Source of the DNA: a bacterium
GTDB taxonomy: Bacteria > Patescibacteriota > Microgenomatia > JAMCZE01
Direction: 5' to 3'
Length of the DNA stretch: 45,421 nt
NCBI GenBank assembly: GCA_021788195.1
Contig: JAJYKY010000002.1
Location: 1-45,421, forward strand
Shown: positions 8,063 to 17,150 of the stretch, piece after piece
How the letters are laid out: each line of letters opens with the position of its first letter
Numbering within the stretch: position 1 is the stretch's first letter
Position numbers and translations under genes: made by a program
Notes under the pieces: generated by a model
What the model was told of the DNA's origin: nothing
Seen by the model: the letters and a program-made list of their open reading frames with translations, nothing else
Databases searched by the model: none

Positions 8063-9655
8063 ATGAGAATTCCCAAAGCAGTTCTGATTTTAGTTCTGGC
8101 CGGAATTATTCTGTATTTCCCGACGCTCTTTAACGGGTTTGTCTGGGATGACGAGGAACTGATTTTAAATAACACTCAGGTACACTCTTTAGCCAACTGG
8201 CCGGCTTTTTTATCCGGCAGTACTTTTAACAGCGGCGGCGGGGGGAATTTGGCCGGACTTTACTACAAGCCGTTGATGACCATGGCTTTTTCTCTGCTTT
8301 ACACCCTGTTCGGGCCAAGCGCCTGGGCTTTTCATGCTTTTCAGATCGGTATCCATATTGCCAACGCCGTCCTTCTTTTTTACCTGCTGCGGCGGCTTTT
8401 CTCACCGTACCGGGTGCCGGGGGTGCTGCCGGAAATTTTGGCCATGCTCTTTCTGATTCATCCGATTAATACGGAGGCGACGGTCTACATTGCGGATTAC
8501 CAGGATGTCCTTTTCTTCTTTTTCGGTATTTTAGCTTTTCTTTCCGTCTTAAAAACCGGCGACAGGCAATTAAAAACAGCTCCGGCAAAACCGGTACTTG
8601 TGTGGTCGGGACTGATTCTTCTGTCTCTTTTATCCAAAGAAACCGGAGTCGTGTTTACGGCCGTAATTTTCGTCTATATTTTCCTTTTCTCCCGGGAAAA
8701 ATTAAGATATTTTGTGCCGGCGGGAATTTTAGCGGCCGGAGTTTACGCCGTTTTGCGTTTCGGGGTGGCCCATATTTTCTTTAACAAGCACGGCCTGACG
8801 CCGATAACGACGATGCCCCTTTCCGACCGGTTGATAAATATTCCGGCGATAATCTGGTTTTACCTGAAAACTTTCTTCTGGCCGCAAAATCTGGCCATAA
8901 ATCAACAATGGGTGGTACGAAGTATTGACCCGATTACGGTCTTGGCTGATTTAGGGATTTTGGGCGGCTTGGGAGGTTTGGGGGTACTGGTCTATAAAAA
9001 GAAACGGGAAATTTTTCCGCTTTGGGTTTTCTTTTTAATCTGGTTTTTGCTGGCCCTGACTTTTCATCTGCAGATTTTCCCCCTGGACCTGACTGTTTCC
9101 GACCGTTGGTTTTATCTCCCGGCTGTCGGACTTTTAGGAATGCTGGTTCTGGCCGGCGGTCTTAAAAGATGGGGAAGACGGGAAATTTTGGGTTTTTGGA
9201 TTATTGTCTTAATTCTGTCCGTAAGGACCTGGATGCGGGAGTTTGACTGGCGCGACGGTCTGACCTTGTACCGCCACGATATAAATTTGTCGCCGAACGC
9301 TTTTGATTTGGAAAATAATTACGGCGTGGAGCTTTTCCGGCACGGAGACCTAGCTGACGCTAAAGTGCATTTTATCAGATCGACAGAGCTTAGCCCGCAG
9401 TGGTGGACAAACTGGAACAACCTCGGGGTCATTTACGAACGGGAAGGAAACCCGGCCGAAGCGGCCGAAGATTACCGGAAAGCCATTGATAACGGGAATT
9501 ATTACCTTGCTTATGAAAACTACGCAGCCATCCTTTTGAAAACGGGGAAAAACGCTCAGGCCCGGGAGTTTCTGGAAAAAGAAGCTTTGCCCAGACTGCC
9601 CTTTAACGTGAGGCTAAAGGAGCTTTATGCCTTATCTCTCCAGTTGCCCCGGTAG
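8063..9655 (+). CDS. TMTC-like GT-C membrane glycosyltransferase with C-terminal TPRs
   Basis: FVWDDE, YYKPL, HPINTE, SKE, SDRWFYLP, many TM helices, TPR-like WNNLGVIY. Confidence 0.8.
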   Translation: MRIPKAVLILVLAGIILYFPTLFNGFVWDDEELILNNTQVHSLANWPAFLSGSTFNSGGGGNLAGLYYKPLMTMAFSLLYTLFGPSAWAFHAFQIGIHIANAVLLFYLLRRLFSPYRVPGVLPEILAMLFLIHPINTEATVYIADYQDVLFFFFGILAFLSVLKTGDRQLKTAPAKPVLVWSGLILLSLLSKETGVVFTAVIFVYIFLFSREKLRYFVPAGILAAGVYAVLRFGVAHIFFNKHGLTPITTMPLSDRLINIPAIIWFYLKTFFWPQNLAINQQWVVRSIDPITVLADLGILGGLGGLGVLVYKKKREIFPLWVFFLIWFLLALTFHLQIFPLDLTVSDRWFYLPAVGLLGMLVLAGGLKRWGRREILGFWIIVLILSVRTWMREFDWRDGLTLYRHDINLSPNAFDLENNYGVELFRHGDLADAKVHFIRSTELSPQWWTNWNNLGVIYEREGNPAEAAEDYRKAIDNGNYYLAYENYAAILLKTGKNAQAREFLEKEALPRLPFNVRLKELYALSLQLPR

Positions 9656-9752
9656 TTCAAAAGGACTAAAATAGCGGTTACGCAGAAGTTGTTTCTGTTT
9701 ATTGTTCGTGGAAGGATAAAGGTAATCGAAGAAAGGAAGGTGCAAAGTTATT

Positions 9753-9938
9753 ATGGTAGTCGTTAAAGCCCAACCCGGCCAGTCATCGGATCAGGTCATC
9801 AGAGCTTTCCAAAAAAAGGTCCTCACGGAGGACATTTTGGGCGAGCTTAAAAAAAGGGAGTTTTATCAAAAACCCGCCTTAGTACGGAAGGCAAAAGCCA
9901 TGGCAAGAAAACATCCCAACCGGAGACAAACCTACTAA
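9753..9938 (+). CDS. rpsU: 30S ribosomal protein S21
   Basis: IRAFQKKV...ELKKREFYQKP; upstream of yqeY; SD-like AGGAAGGTG. Confidence 0.9.
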   Translation: MVVVKAQPGQSSDQVIRAFQKKVLTEDILGELKKREFYQKPALVRKAKAMARKHPNRRQTY

Positions 9939-9991
9939 AATTACTAATTTCTAATTGACCTAATTTCTGAATTATTTAGGAATTAGTAATT
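9939..9991. repeat. AT-rich inverted repeat between rpsU and yqeY
   Basis: AATTACTAATTTCTAA 9939-9954 pairs with TTAGGAATTAGTAATT 9976-9991 (one G-U). Confidence 0.7.
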
Positions 9992-9996
9992 AAGAT

Positions 9997-10434
9997 ATGC
10001 TTTTAGATCAGCTCCAGTCAGAGTTAAATGCGGCGCTTAAAAATCGCGATCAGCTTCGTGTGGGGACCCTCCGGTTTTTGTTGGGCGCGATTTTTAATTT
10101 CCAGATTGAGAAGGGCAAGGATTATGTGGCTTGTGACAATGATGTTTTGAATATTATTGCCCGGCAGGTCAAAACCCACCGGGAGTCGATTGAAATGTTC
10201 GGAAAGGGCGGGAGAAACGATCTCGTTGATCGGGAAAAGGCGGAACTGGCAATTTTGGAAAGCTATCTGCCGGCCCAGATGAGCGAAGGAGAAATCAAAG
10301 TTAAAATTACCCAGATTAAGGAAAATAATCCGGGACTGGATTTCGGGGGATTGATGAAATTGGCGATGGGAGAACTGCGGGGAAAAGCCGACGGAGCGGT
10401 AGTTTCCCGGCTGGTAAAAGAGGTGGTATCCTGA
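9997..10434 (+). CDS. yqeY: GatB/YqeY domain protein
   Basis: ELAILESYLPAQMS, LRGKADG; rpsU-yqeY synteny. Confidence 0.92.
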   Translation: MLLDQLQSELNAALKNRDQLRVGTLRFLLGAIFNFQIEKGKDYVACDNDVLNIIARQVKTHRESIEMFGKGGRNDLVDREKAELAILESYLPAQMSEGEIKVKITQIKENNPGLDFGGLMKLAMGELRGKADGAVVSRLVKEVVS

Positions 10435-10436
10435 GT

Positions 10437-10826
10437 ATGCCGGACATTCAGATCAACTGCGAATCGCGGTACAAAACCAATAAAGAATTTCTGGCCAAAC
10501 ATTTGGCCAGGGTTTTGGACGAAGAGGGAATTAAGGGAAGTACGGCGGTTTCGGTTCTGATCTGCGGCAAGAGGAAAGTCCGGGAGCTGGCCCGCCGTTA
10601 TCTTCGGGCTCCGGAAGACCATAACGTTCTTTCCTTCGTTTATTCGGAAATTAAAAAGCCCTTCGTAGATTATCCGGACAATACTCTGAACCTGGGCGAG
10701 ATTGTAGTCTGCTATCCCTTGGCCCAGGAAGAAGCGATGGAAGAAAACAAAATGGTGGACCAGGCTGTAGCCGAACTGGCCGAACACGGTTTGAGACATT
10801 TATTAGGCCAGCACCATGAGGAATAA
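10437..10826 (+). CDS. ybeY: rRNA maturation endoribonuclease YbeY
   Basis: VLSF, LGEIVVC, HGLRHLLGQHH zinc motif. Confidence 0.92.
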   Translation: MPDIQINCESRYKTNKEFLAKHLARVLDEEGIKGSTAVSVLICGKRKVRELARRYLRAPEDHNVLSFVYSEIKKPFVDYPDNTLNLGEIVVCYPLAQEEAMEENKMVDQAVAELAEHGLRHLLGQHHEE

Positions 10827-10847
10827 AATTTTCAATGATTGAAAATT
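10827..10847. repeat. Perfect 10-bp inverted repeat ahead of dnaX
   Basis: AATTTTCAAT-G-ATTGAAAATT. Confidence 0.6.
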
Positions 10848-10852
10848 GATTT

Positions 10853-12244
10853 ATGTACTACACAAAATATCGTCCTCAGACATTTGCCGAGCTGGATAAC
10901 GAAAGAATCAAACAAACTTTAGTTCCGGCAATTTTGAATAACAAGGTTTCCCACGCCTATCTTTTGACCGGGCCGCGGGGGACGGGGAAAACTACCACCG
11001 CCAGGCTTATAGCAAAAACTCTAAACTGCCAAAACCGAAAGACGGGCGAGGAACCCTGCAACCGGTGCGATTCCTGTTTGGCTATTATGGAAGGAAGAAG
11101 CCTGGATGTTGTCGAGATTGATGCTGCGAGCAACACCAGCGTTGAAGACATCCGGGATCTTCGGGAAAAAGTGAAACTGGCGCCGACCGTCGGGCCTTAC
11201 AAGATTTACATTATCGACGAAGTGCACATGCTGTCAAACAGCGCTTTCAACGCTCTTCTGAAAACTTTGGAAGAACCGCCGTCCCATGTGGTTTTTGTTC
11301 TGGCGACGACCGATCCGCAAAAGTTACCGGCGACCGTTATTTCCCGGTGCCAGCGTTTCGACTTTTCCGCGGGGAGCAGAGAGGAAACTACCCGGGCGAT
11401 AAAAAGAGCGGCCAAGGGCGAAGGTTTGGAAATTGAGGAAAAAGTTTTGGAGCAAATCGTCAATCTTTCTTCCGGATCCTTCCGCGACGCGCATAAAATT
11501 CTTGAGCAATTGGCTTCCCAGAGTGCTAAAATCACAATGTCGGGTATTGAAGCGCTAAAACCTCAAATCTCTTCCGATGTTAGCGAAAAATTTCTGATAA
11601 TTCTTATTTCCGGCAAGGTTAAGGAAGCTTGGGAACTTTTGGACCGCCTTTCCGCTCAGAATGGTCAGATAAAAAGCTTAATTGAAGAAACCGTGGCTCT
11701 GCTGCGGGAAGAAATTATGCGCCGGAGCGGGATTTTACCCGGCGGGGAAAAAATTTCTTTAACAACAGCGGAAATTACCGATCTTTTAAGCCGCTTAAAT
11801 AAGGCTTATGGAGAGTTACGCGATGCGGTTACCCCGGCCTTACCTTTGGAACTGTTAGTTGTTGAATGGCATAACCGAAAAGGCCAGCCGATTTCAAAAA
11901 TAGAAGAGCCGGAAGAACGGGCTAAAGAAGAGAAAACGGAAATCGTAAAAACTCAGAAGACGGAAAATGTTGCGTCGGATCGCGACGAAAATTTAAATCT
12001 AACGAAGGAAAACTGGCAGGAAGTTTTGGCCAAAACCAAGCCGTTTAACCATAGTCTGACGGCCTTTCTGCGGGCGGCCAAACCCCGGGAATTTCGCGGC
12101 AAAATCTTGATGGTTGAAGTGGCCTATAAGTTTCATTTGGAGAAGCTGTCGGAAGAGAAAAATCGGCACATCGTGGAAGAAGTTATTTCTGATATAATAG
12201 GCAGAGCAATTCGGGTGAAATTCGAACTGGCAAGAAAAGAGTAA
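10853..12244 (+). CDS. dnaX: DNA polymerase III subunit gamma/tau
   Basis: KYRPQTF, GPRGTGKTT, Cys zinc cluster, IIDEVHML, SRCQRF. Confidence 0.97.
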   Translation: MYYTKYRPQTFAELDNERIKQTLVPAILNNKVSHAYLLTGPRGTGKTTTARLIAKTLNCQNRKTGEEPCNRCDSCLAIMEGRSLDVVEIDAASNTSVEDIRDLREKVKLAPTVGPYKIYIIDEVHMLSNSAFNALLKTLEEPPSHVVFVLATTDPQKLPATVISRCQRFDFSAGSREETTRAIKRAAKGEGLEIEEKVLEQIVNLSSGSFRDAHKILEQLASQSAKITMSGIEALKPQISSDVSEKFLIILISGKVKEAWELLDRLSAQNGQIKSLIEETVALLREEIMRRSGILPGGEKISLTTAEITDLLSRLNKAYGELRDAVTPALPLELLVVEWHNRKGQPISKIEEPEERAKEEKTEIVKTQKTENVASDRDENLNLTKENWQEVLAKTKPFNHSLTAFLRAAKPREFRGKILMVEVAYKFHLEKLSEEKNRHIVEEVISDIIGRAIRVKFELARKE

Positions 12245-12258
12245 GGGGGTGCAGATTT

Positions 12259-12537
12259 ATGGGAATGTTTGACGGATTAAAACAGCTTGGTGACTTAAAC
12301 CAAATGCGCCAGCAGGCGCAAAAAATTCAGCAGCAGCTCGCAGCCGAACGGATTGAAGTTTCCAAACAAACCGGCAAAGGACTCTTAAAAATCGTGATGA
12401 CCGGCGACCAGAAAATTGTGGAAATTTCTCTGGATGGGGCGCGGGATAAGGAACTGGAACAGGCGCTGGGGGAAGCTCTTTATAAGTCGCAGATGGCCGC
12501 TGCCGGTAAACTCCAGCAATTGTCCGGAGGGAAATAA
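12259..12537 (+). CDS. ybaB: YbaB/EbfC nucleoid-associated protein
   Basis: QAQKIQQQL; dnaX-ybaB-recR synteny; SD-like AAGGGGGTG. Confidence 0.88.
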   Translation: MGMFDGLKQLGDLNQMRQQAQKIQQQLAAERIEVSKQTGKGLLKIVMTGDQKIVEISLDGARDKELEQALGEALYKSQMAAAGKLQQLSGGK

Positions 12538-12631
12538 TAAGATCTCTGGCTGCTTGCGATTATTTTTTCTGCGCCGGTGTTATCTATTTTAAGGGCCTGC
12601 CGGCTCGCCGTCACCCTTCTAATACGAAGGT

Positions 12632-13237
12632 ATGTCTTATCCGAAACAAATTCAAAACCTGATCGAGGCCTTTCAGAGGCTTCCCGGTGTTGGGGAAAAA
12701 ACGGCGGCCCGGCTGACCTTTTACCTTCTTCATGTCCCGGATACGGAAATTAATAAACTTGGGAATGCTGTCTTAGGATTAAAGAAAGATATCTTTTTGT
12801 GTTCAATATGTAGAAATATTAGCGACAAGGAGGTCTGCGAAATTTGCAGTAATTCTTCCCGGGACAAAGCCATAATTTCCGTGGTCGAACAACCGCTGGA
12901 TGTTTTTAGCTTCGAAGCCACCGGGAAGTACTGGGGCTTTTATCATGTTCTCCACGGCGTGATTGATCCTCTGCACGGTGTCGGCCCGGACGAACTCTAT
13001 CTTAAGGATTTGCTGATCCGGCTGGGCCCGGGCTCGCCGGTTAAAGAAGTGATTTTGTCCTTAAATCCGACAATGGAAGGGGAAGCGACGGCCATGTACC
13101 TGGCTAAACAGATAAAGGAACTGAACCCGAAAGTGGCCATAACCCGGCTGGGAGTCGGGATGCCAATCGGCGGCGATATCGAATATGCCGACGAGACGAC
13201 CCTTTCCCGGGCTCTCGAGGGGCGCAGGCCCTTTTAA
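12632..13237 (+). CDS. recR: Recombination mediator RecR
   Basis: LPGVGEKTA, C4 zinc finger, YHVLHG, EGEATA. Confidence 0.97.
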   Translation: MSYPKQIQNLIEAFQRLPGVGEKTAARLTFYLLHVPDTEINKLGNAVLGLKKDIFLCSICRNISDKEVCEICSNSSRDKAIISVVEQPLDVFSFEATGKYWGFYHVLHGVIDPLHGVGPDELYLKDLLIRLGPGSPVKEVILSLNPTMEGEATAMYLAKQIKELNPKVAITRLGVGMPIGGDIEYADETTLSRALEGRRPF

Positions 13238-13260
13238 AATTTTCACCGTGAACAAATAAG

Positions 13261-13566
13261 GTGACGAACAAAAATTTAATCTCAGAGGCAAAGGACAGGC
13301 TGAAAACGGTTATGGATCCGGAGTTGAACGTCAATATCGTCGATTTGGGACTGATTTACGGGATAACCGTGAAAAACGGTACCGCCAATATTCTTCTGAC
13401 TTTAACTACTCCGGGCTGCCCGTTAAGCCCGGTTTTCGAGGCGATGATAAAAGAAGCCCTGAAAGAGGTGAACGGCGTGAACAACGTTCGGGTCGAGCTG
13501 ACTTTTATCCCGCCCTGGACCCCGGACAAAATGGCCTCCCAGGCTCGGACAGCCTTAGGCTTTTAA
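13261..13566 (+). CDS. DUF59/SufT-type metal-sulfur cluster assembly factor
   Basis: DPELNVNIVDLGLIY, TLTTPGCP, PPWTP. Confidence 0.92.
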   Translation: MTNKNLISEAKDRLKTVMDPELNVNIVDLGLIYGITVKNGTANILLTLTTPGCPLSPVFEAMIKEALKEVNGVNNVRVELTFIPPWTPDKMASQARTALGF

Positions 13567-13595
13567 AGCGGCTTTGGTTGGAGTAGAATTAAAGT

Positions 13596-14573
13596 ATGGA
13601 AGGCATCATCAAGCCAAAAGCCCTGCAGAAGGGAGACACGATCGCGATTATTGCTCCTTCGGAACCGATTAATAAATCCCAACTCGAAAAGACCCGCCGC
13701 TTTTTAGAAAACACCGGCTACAAAGTTAAGGCCGGCGAAAACGTTTTAGCCGCTATCGGTGACTATGTCGCCGGAACTCCGGCCCAGCGGTCAGCGGATT
13801 TCAATTGGGCCTTTGCTGATCCGGAGGTTAAAGCGGTTTTTATGGCGGTTGGTGGTTTTGGCGCCGGCCAGATTTTGGACAAGATTGATTTCAGTGTTAT
13901 CCGGGCCAATCCGAAGATTTTTGTCGGTTACTCCGACGCGACGACTTTGCAATTAGCCATGCTGGCGGAAACCTGTCTTTTAACTTTCCACGGGCCGAAT
14001 GCGATCTCGCTTCCGGATTTTCGTCCGGCCGGCTACACGATGAGTAACTTCTGGCGGCAGCTTTCGGCTCCGGAAGGCGAGATTCAGCCAAAGACGACGG
14101 TTGTTCAGCCGCAGTCGGTCTGGCAGGAGATCCGTCCGGGCAAGGGCGAGGGGATCCTGTTTGGCGGGAATTTAAGCTGTATCAGCAAGCTTTTAGGAAC
14201 CCGCTGGGATCCGTTACCGGCTTTGGACAAACACTTCGGCCCGGACGCTAAATACTTGCTTTTCTGGGAGGAAGATTATGAACAGTTTTCGGAAATCATG
14301 CGCAGTCTTTGGCAAATCAGAAATACCGGCTTTTTTGCCAAACTTTCCGGGATGATTGTCGGAAAACTGACGGCGGTTGCGGAAGTGGATTACCGGGTTT
14401 TTCCGACAAAAAAGGAGCTGATCCGGGAAATTACCGAGCCGTTTGGGATTCCGGTTCTTTACGGTGTGGATTTTGGCCACGAGGTCCCGCGGGCCACGTT
14501 TCCGATCGGGGTTCGGGCAATGATGGATGCGAAAGAAAAAAAGCTGGAAATTTTAGAGGCGGCCGTGGTCTAA
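13596..14573 (+). CDS. LD-carboxypeptidase, S66 family
   Basis: GGFG, GYSDAT (catalytic Ser), GGNL, LFWEE, DFGH. Confidence 0.92.
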   Translation: MEGIIKPKALQKGDTIAIIAPSEPINKSQLEKTRRFLENTGYKVKAGENVLAAIGDYVAGTPAQRSADFNWAFADPEVKAVFMAVGGFGAGQILDKIDFSVIRANPKIFVGYSDATTLQLAMLAETCLLTFHGPNAISLPDFRPAGYTMSNFWRQLSAPEGEIQPKTTVVQPQSVWQEIRPGKGEGILFGGNLSCISKLLGTRWDPLPALDKHFGPDAKYLLFWEEDYEQFSEIMRSLWQIRNTGFFAKLSGMIVGKLTAVAEVDYRVFPTKKELIREITEPFGIPVLYGVDFGHEVPRATFPIGVRAMMDAKEKKLEILEAAVV

Positions 14574-14623
14574 AAATAATTGAAAATTGGAGTTAAGGTT
14601 GGGAAATTGATATTATTAAAGTT

Positions 14624-15058
14624 ATGAAATTTCAGATTTCGAACACATTCGAAAATCTCACCGGCGGGGTGGCGCGGAGTATAGGCCAACAGGTGGCCGG
14701 CCTGCCGGGAGATCTGGCCCGGAAAGCAGAAGAGCAGGTTTTGGGAGGCAAGCCTTCGGAAGAAACCGGGCCGGGAGGGAACGGCCAAACTCCCGAACAG
14801 AAGAGCCCCCTGTCCCCGGGCTACAGAGTGCAGGATTTTAAGCGGGCCCAGCAAAGAATTGCCGAAATCCGCTCCCGGATTGCGGCCATGAACAAGCAGA
14901 CGATTACTTCCCAAACCGAGCAGGCGAAAAAATTAAATATTGCCCCGGCCGGCCCGACCTTTAGACCTGCTCCGGAAAAGCCGCCGGTCTCCGAACTTCC
15001 GGTCTCGGCCAAGCAAGGTAAAGGCACGGGCGAAATTACCCGCGGCGCAATCGGATAA
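14624..15058 (+). CDS. Hypothetical protein, Pro/Gln-rich with a coiled segment
   Basis: 144 aa ORF with TATTAT 7 nt upstream of ATG; N-terminus MKFQISN is repeat-like. Confidence 0.7.
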   Translation: MKFQISNTFENLTGGVARSIGQQVAGLPGDLARKAEEQVLGGKPSEETGPGGNGQTPEQKSPLSPGYRVQDFKRAQQRIAEIRSRIAAMNKQTITSQTEQAKKLNIAPAGPTFRPAPEKPPVSELPVSAKQGKGTGEITRGAIG

Positions 15059-15074
15059 CCCCATTTAATCTCTC

Positions 15075-15104
15075 CAACTTATTTTCCGATCGCAAAATAA
15101 GTTG
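15075..15104. repeat. 30-bp palindrome, copy 1 (upstream of the PaaX/Cas2-like gene)
   Basis: CAACTTATTTTCCGATCGCAAAATAAGTTG, one mismatched pair; overlaps TTGACA 15102-15107. Confidence 0.9.
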
Positions 15105-15130
15105 ACAACTTTTTAACTCTCAGACACAAT
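15102..15130 (+). promoter_or_regulatory. Leaderless-type promoter of the PaaX/Cas2-like gene
   Basis: TTGACA-17 bp-CACAAT, GTG 7 nt downstream. Confidence 0.65.
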
Positions 15131-15137
15131 TGCCTTA

Positions 15138-15740
15138 GTGGACGAAGAATTAGAAGAAAAGATAGTTAATTATCTTGACAGCTTGGGTCAACGAGCTCCT
15201 CTCGAAAGGATCCTGTTATATTCTCTCCTTGGTGCTTCAGCTGCCGGTGCGGTCAGTCTTTCGGCTTTGGTACCCGGCTTGGCCAAACTTTTTTCCCGGC
15301 GCGGCCGGAAATACAATTATTGGTCGCTTCGGCGTTCACTAAAGAATTTGCAAAAGAAAGGGTTGGTGGCTGTCGATCAGAGGAATGGTGAGGAATATCT
15401 GCAAACGACGGATAAAGTTAGCTTTGAAAGTCGAGGCATCTTTCAGGAAAATGCTCTCGGTGAGGTTAAAATCCGGAAATCCAAAGCCTGGGACGGAAAG
15501 TGGCGGGTAGTGATTTTTGACGTTCCGGAGAAGTTAAGGAAAGCCAGGGATAGATTCAATAGAAAATTAAAGCAACTCGGGTTTATTTGTATTCAGCGAA
15601 GTGTCTTTGTTTATCCTTTTCCTTGTGAGCCCGAAGTAATCAAAACAGCGGAAATTCTGGAAGTAAATACTTATGTGCAAATCTTTGAAGCAAAATTTCT
15701 ATCCAACGATTATCTGTTAAAAAAGAAATTCAGTTTGTAA
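15138..15740 (+). CDS. PaaX-like protein: winged HTH plus Cas2-like ferredoxin domain
   Basis: SLRRSLKNLQKKGLV (wHTH); WDGKWRVVIFDVPE...RDRF...LKQLGF..IQRSVFV. Confidence 0.85.
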   Translation: MDEELEEKIVNYLDSLGQRAPLERILLYSLLGASAAGAVSLSALVPGLAKLFSRRGRKYNYWSLRRSLKNLQKKGLVAVDQRNGEEYLQTTDKVSFESRGIFQENALGEVKIRKSKAWDGKWRVVIFDVPEKLRKARDRFNRKLKQLGFICIQRSVFVYPFPCEPEVIKTAEILEVNTYVQIFEAKFLSNDYLLKKKFSL

Positions 15741-15741
15741 T

Positions 15742-15769
15742 TACTTATTCCGCGATCGCAAAATAAGTA
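15742..15769. repeat. 28-bp palindrome, copy 2 (immediately after the stop codon)
   Basis: TACTTATTCCGCGATCGCAAAATAAGTA; 23 of 26 core bases identical to copy 1. Confidence 0.9.
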
Positions 15770-15770
15770 G

Positions 15771-15789
15771 AGGCTGTCGGCAGGCAGGA
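15771..15789. repeat. Degenerate CTGCCGGCAGGCAGG-type REP-like palindrome
   Basis: AGGCTGTCGGCAGGCAGG upstream of cysS. Confidence 0.4.
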
Positions 15790-15809
15790 GTTTCGAGTAT
15801 ACTAATCGT

Positions 15810-17138
15810 ATGGCGCTGAAGTTGTACAACACCCTGTCCAGGAATTTGGAAGAATTTAAGCCGATTAAACCCGGCGGGGTCGGGATTTATTCCTGCGGCC
15901 CGACGGTTTACTGGAACCAGCATGTCGGTCATATGTACGCTTATGTCCAATGGGACGTCCTGGTCCGGGCTCTGGAATATTTAGGCTACAAGGTGAACTG
16001 GGTGATGAACGTGACCGACGTCGGGCACATGACTTCGGATGAGGATACGGGAGAGGATAAAATGGAAAAAGGCGCCGCCCGGGAAGGCGTCTCGGTCTGG
16101 GACCTGGCCAATAAATATATTGCCCAATTTGAAGAAAGTCTCCGCCTTTTAAACGTGGAAATGCCCCATATCGTCCGGGCGACAGAGCATATTCCGGAGC
16201 AGATTGCCTTAATCGAAAAGATTCAAAAAAATGGTTTTGCCTACCGGACAAAAATGGGGGTGGTTTTTGATACCGGTAAAGATCCGGAATACGGCAGGTT
16301 TGCCAATCTCGATTTAACAAAGCAAAAATCGGAAGAACGCCAGGAAGCCGACCCGGAAAAGAAAAACCCCTGGGACTTTTTCCTTTGGTTCACCGGCAAA
16401 CCAACTCACATTATGAAGTGGCCCAGCCCATGGGGAGAAGGTTTCCCGGGTTGGCATATTGAGTGTACGGCTATGTCAACCAAATATTTGGGCGAGCCGT
16501 TTGATATCCATACCGGCGGGATGGAACATATTCCGGTACACCACACCAACGAAATTGCTCAGGCTTACGCCGCTTTCGGCCGGCCCTCGGCCAATTATTG
16601 GCTCCATAATTCTCACTTGTTAGGGAAAGGCGGCGTGAAGATGAGTAAAAGTCTGGGAAACTTCGTCACCGTGGAAGAGCTTAAAGAGAAAGGCTACGAG
16701 CCCTTGGCCTTAAGGTATTTTATTTTGAATTCCCAATACCGGACCGGGGCCAGCTTTAGCTGGGAAGCGCTGACGGCAGCCCAGACCGCTTTGGAAAAAT
16801 TGCGGCGCCGGGCTCAGAGTTTAAGGAAAGGGGAAAGTTATGCTGAAGAATTTAAACAGGCCTTGGAAGATGATTTGAATCTGCCAAAAGCCCTATCTGT
16901 CGCCTGGAAGACCCAGGACCGGGCGGCGCTGGAAAAATTTGACGAAGTTTTAGGCCTGCGGCTTTTTGAAACCAAAGAGGAAATAATTCCGAAAGAGGTA
17001 GAAAAACTTTTAGCCGAGCGGGAAAAACTGCGGACGGAAAAAAAGTTTGCCGAAGCGGATGAAGTGCGTCAAAAGATTTCCGGTCTGGGCTACACCGTAG
17101 AGGACACGCCGGAAGGGGCAAAGGCCCGCAAGACATGA
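15810..17138 (+). CDS. cysS: Cysteine--tRNA ligase
   Basis: CGPTVY, HVGH, PGWHIEC, DIHTGG, KMSKS. Confidence 0.97.
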   Translation: MALKLYNTLSRNLEEFKPIKPGGVGIYSCGPTVYWNQHVGHMYAYVQWDVLVRALEYLGYKVNWVMNVTDVGHMTSDEDTGEDKMEKGAAREGVSVWDLANKYIAQFEESLRLLNVEMPHIVRATEHIPEQIALIEKIQKNGFAYRTKMGVVFDTGKDPEYGRFANLDLTKQKSEERQEADPEKKNPWDFFLWFTGKPTHIMKWPSPWGEGFPGWHIECTAMSTKYLGEPFDIHTGGMEHIPVHHTNEIAQAYAAFGRPSANYWLHNSHLLGKGGVKMSKSLGNFVTVEELKEKGYEPLALRYFILNSQYRTGASFSWEALTAAQTALEKLRRRAQSLRKGESYAEEFKQALEDDLNLPKALSVAWKTQDRAALEKFDEVLGLRLFETKEEIIPKEVEKLLAEREKLRTEKKFAEADEVRQKISGLGYTVEDTPEGAKARKT

Positions 17139-17150
17139 TACCATGTATCT

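Noticed and set aside
8950..8985. Imperfect 9-bp repeat encoding LGILGGLGGLG
   Set aside because: Low-complexity transmembrane segment; too degenerate to call an element
10853..12244. Programmed frameshift in dnaX
   Set aside because: No A-AAA-AAG slippery site with downstream hairpin or long A tract seen at the expected position
12538..12631. Hydrophobic remnant (DLWLLAIIFSAPVL) between ybaB and recR
   Set aside because: No start codon and too short to support as a gene fragment
15075..15769. CRISPR array with cas2
   Set aside because: Only two repeat copies about 640 bp apart, separated by a gene; no spacers or cas1 in the window
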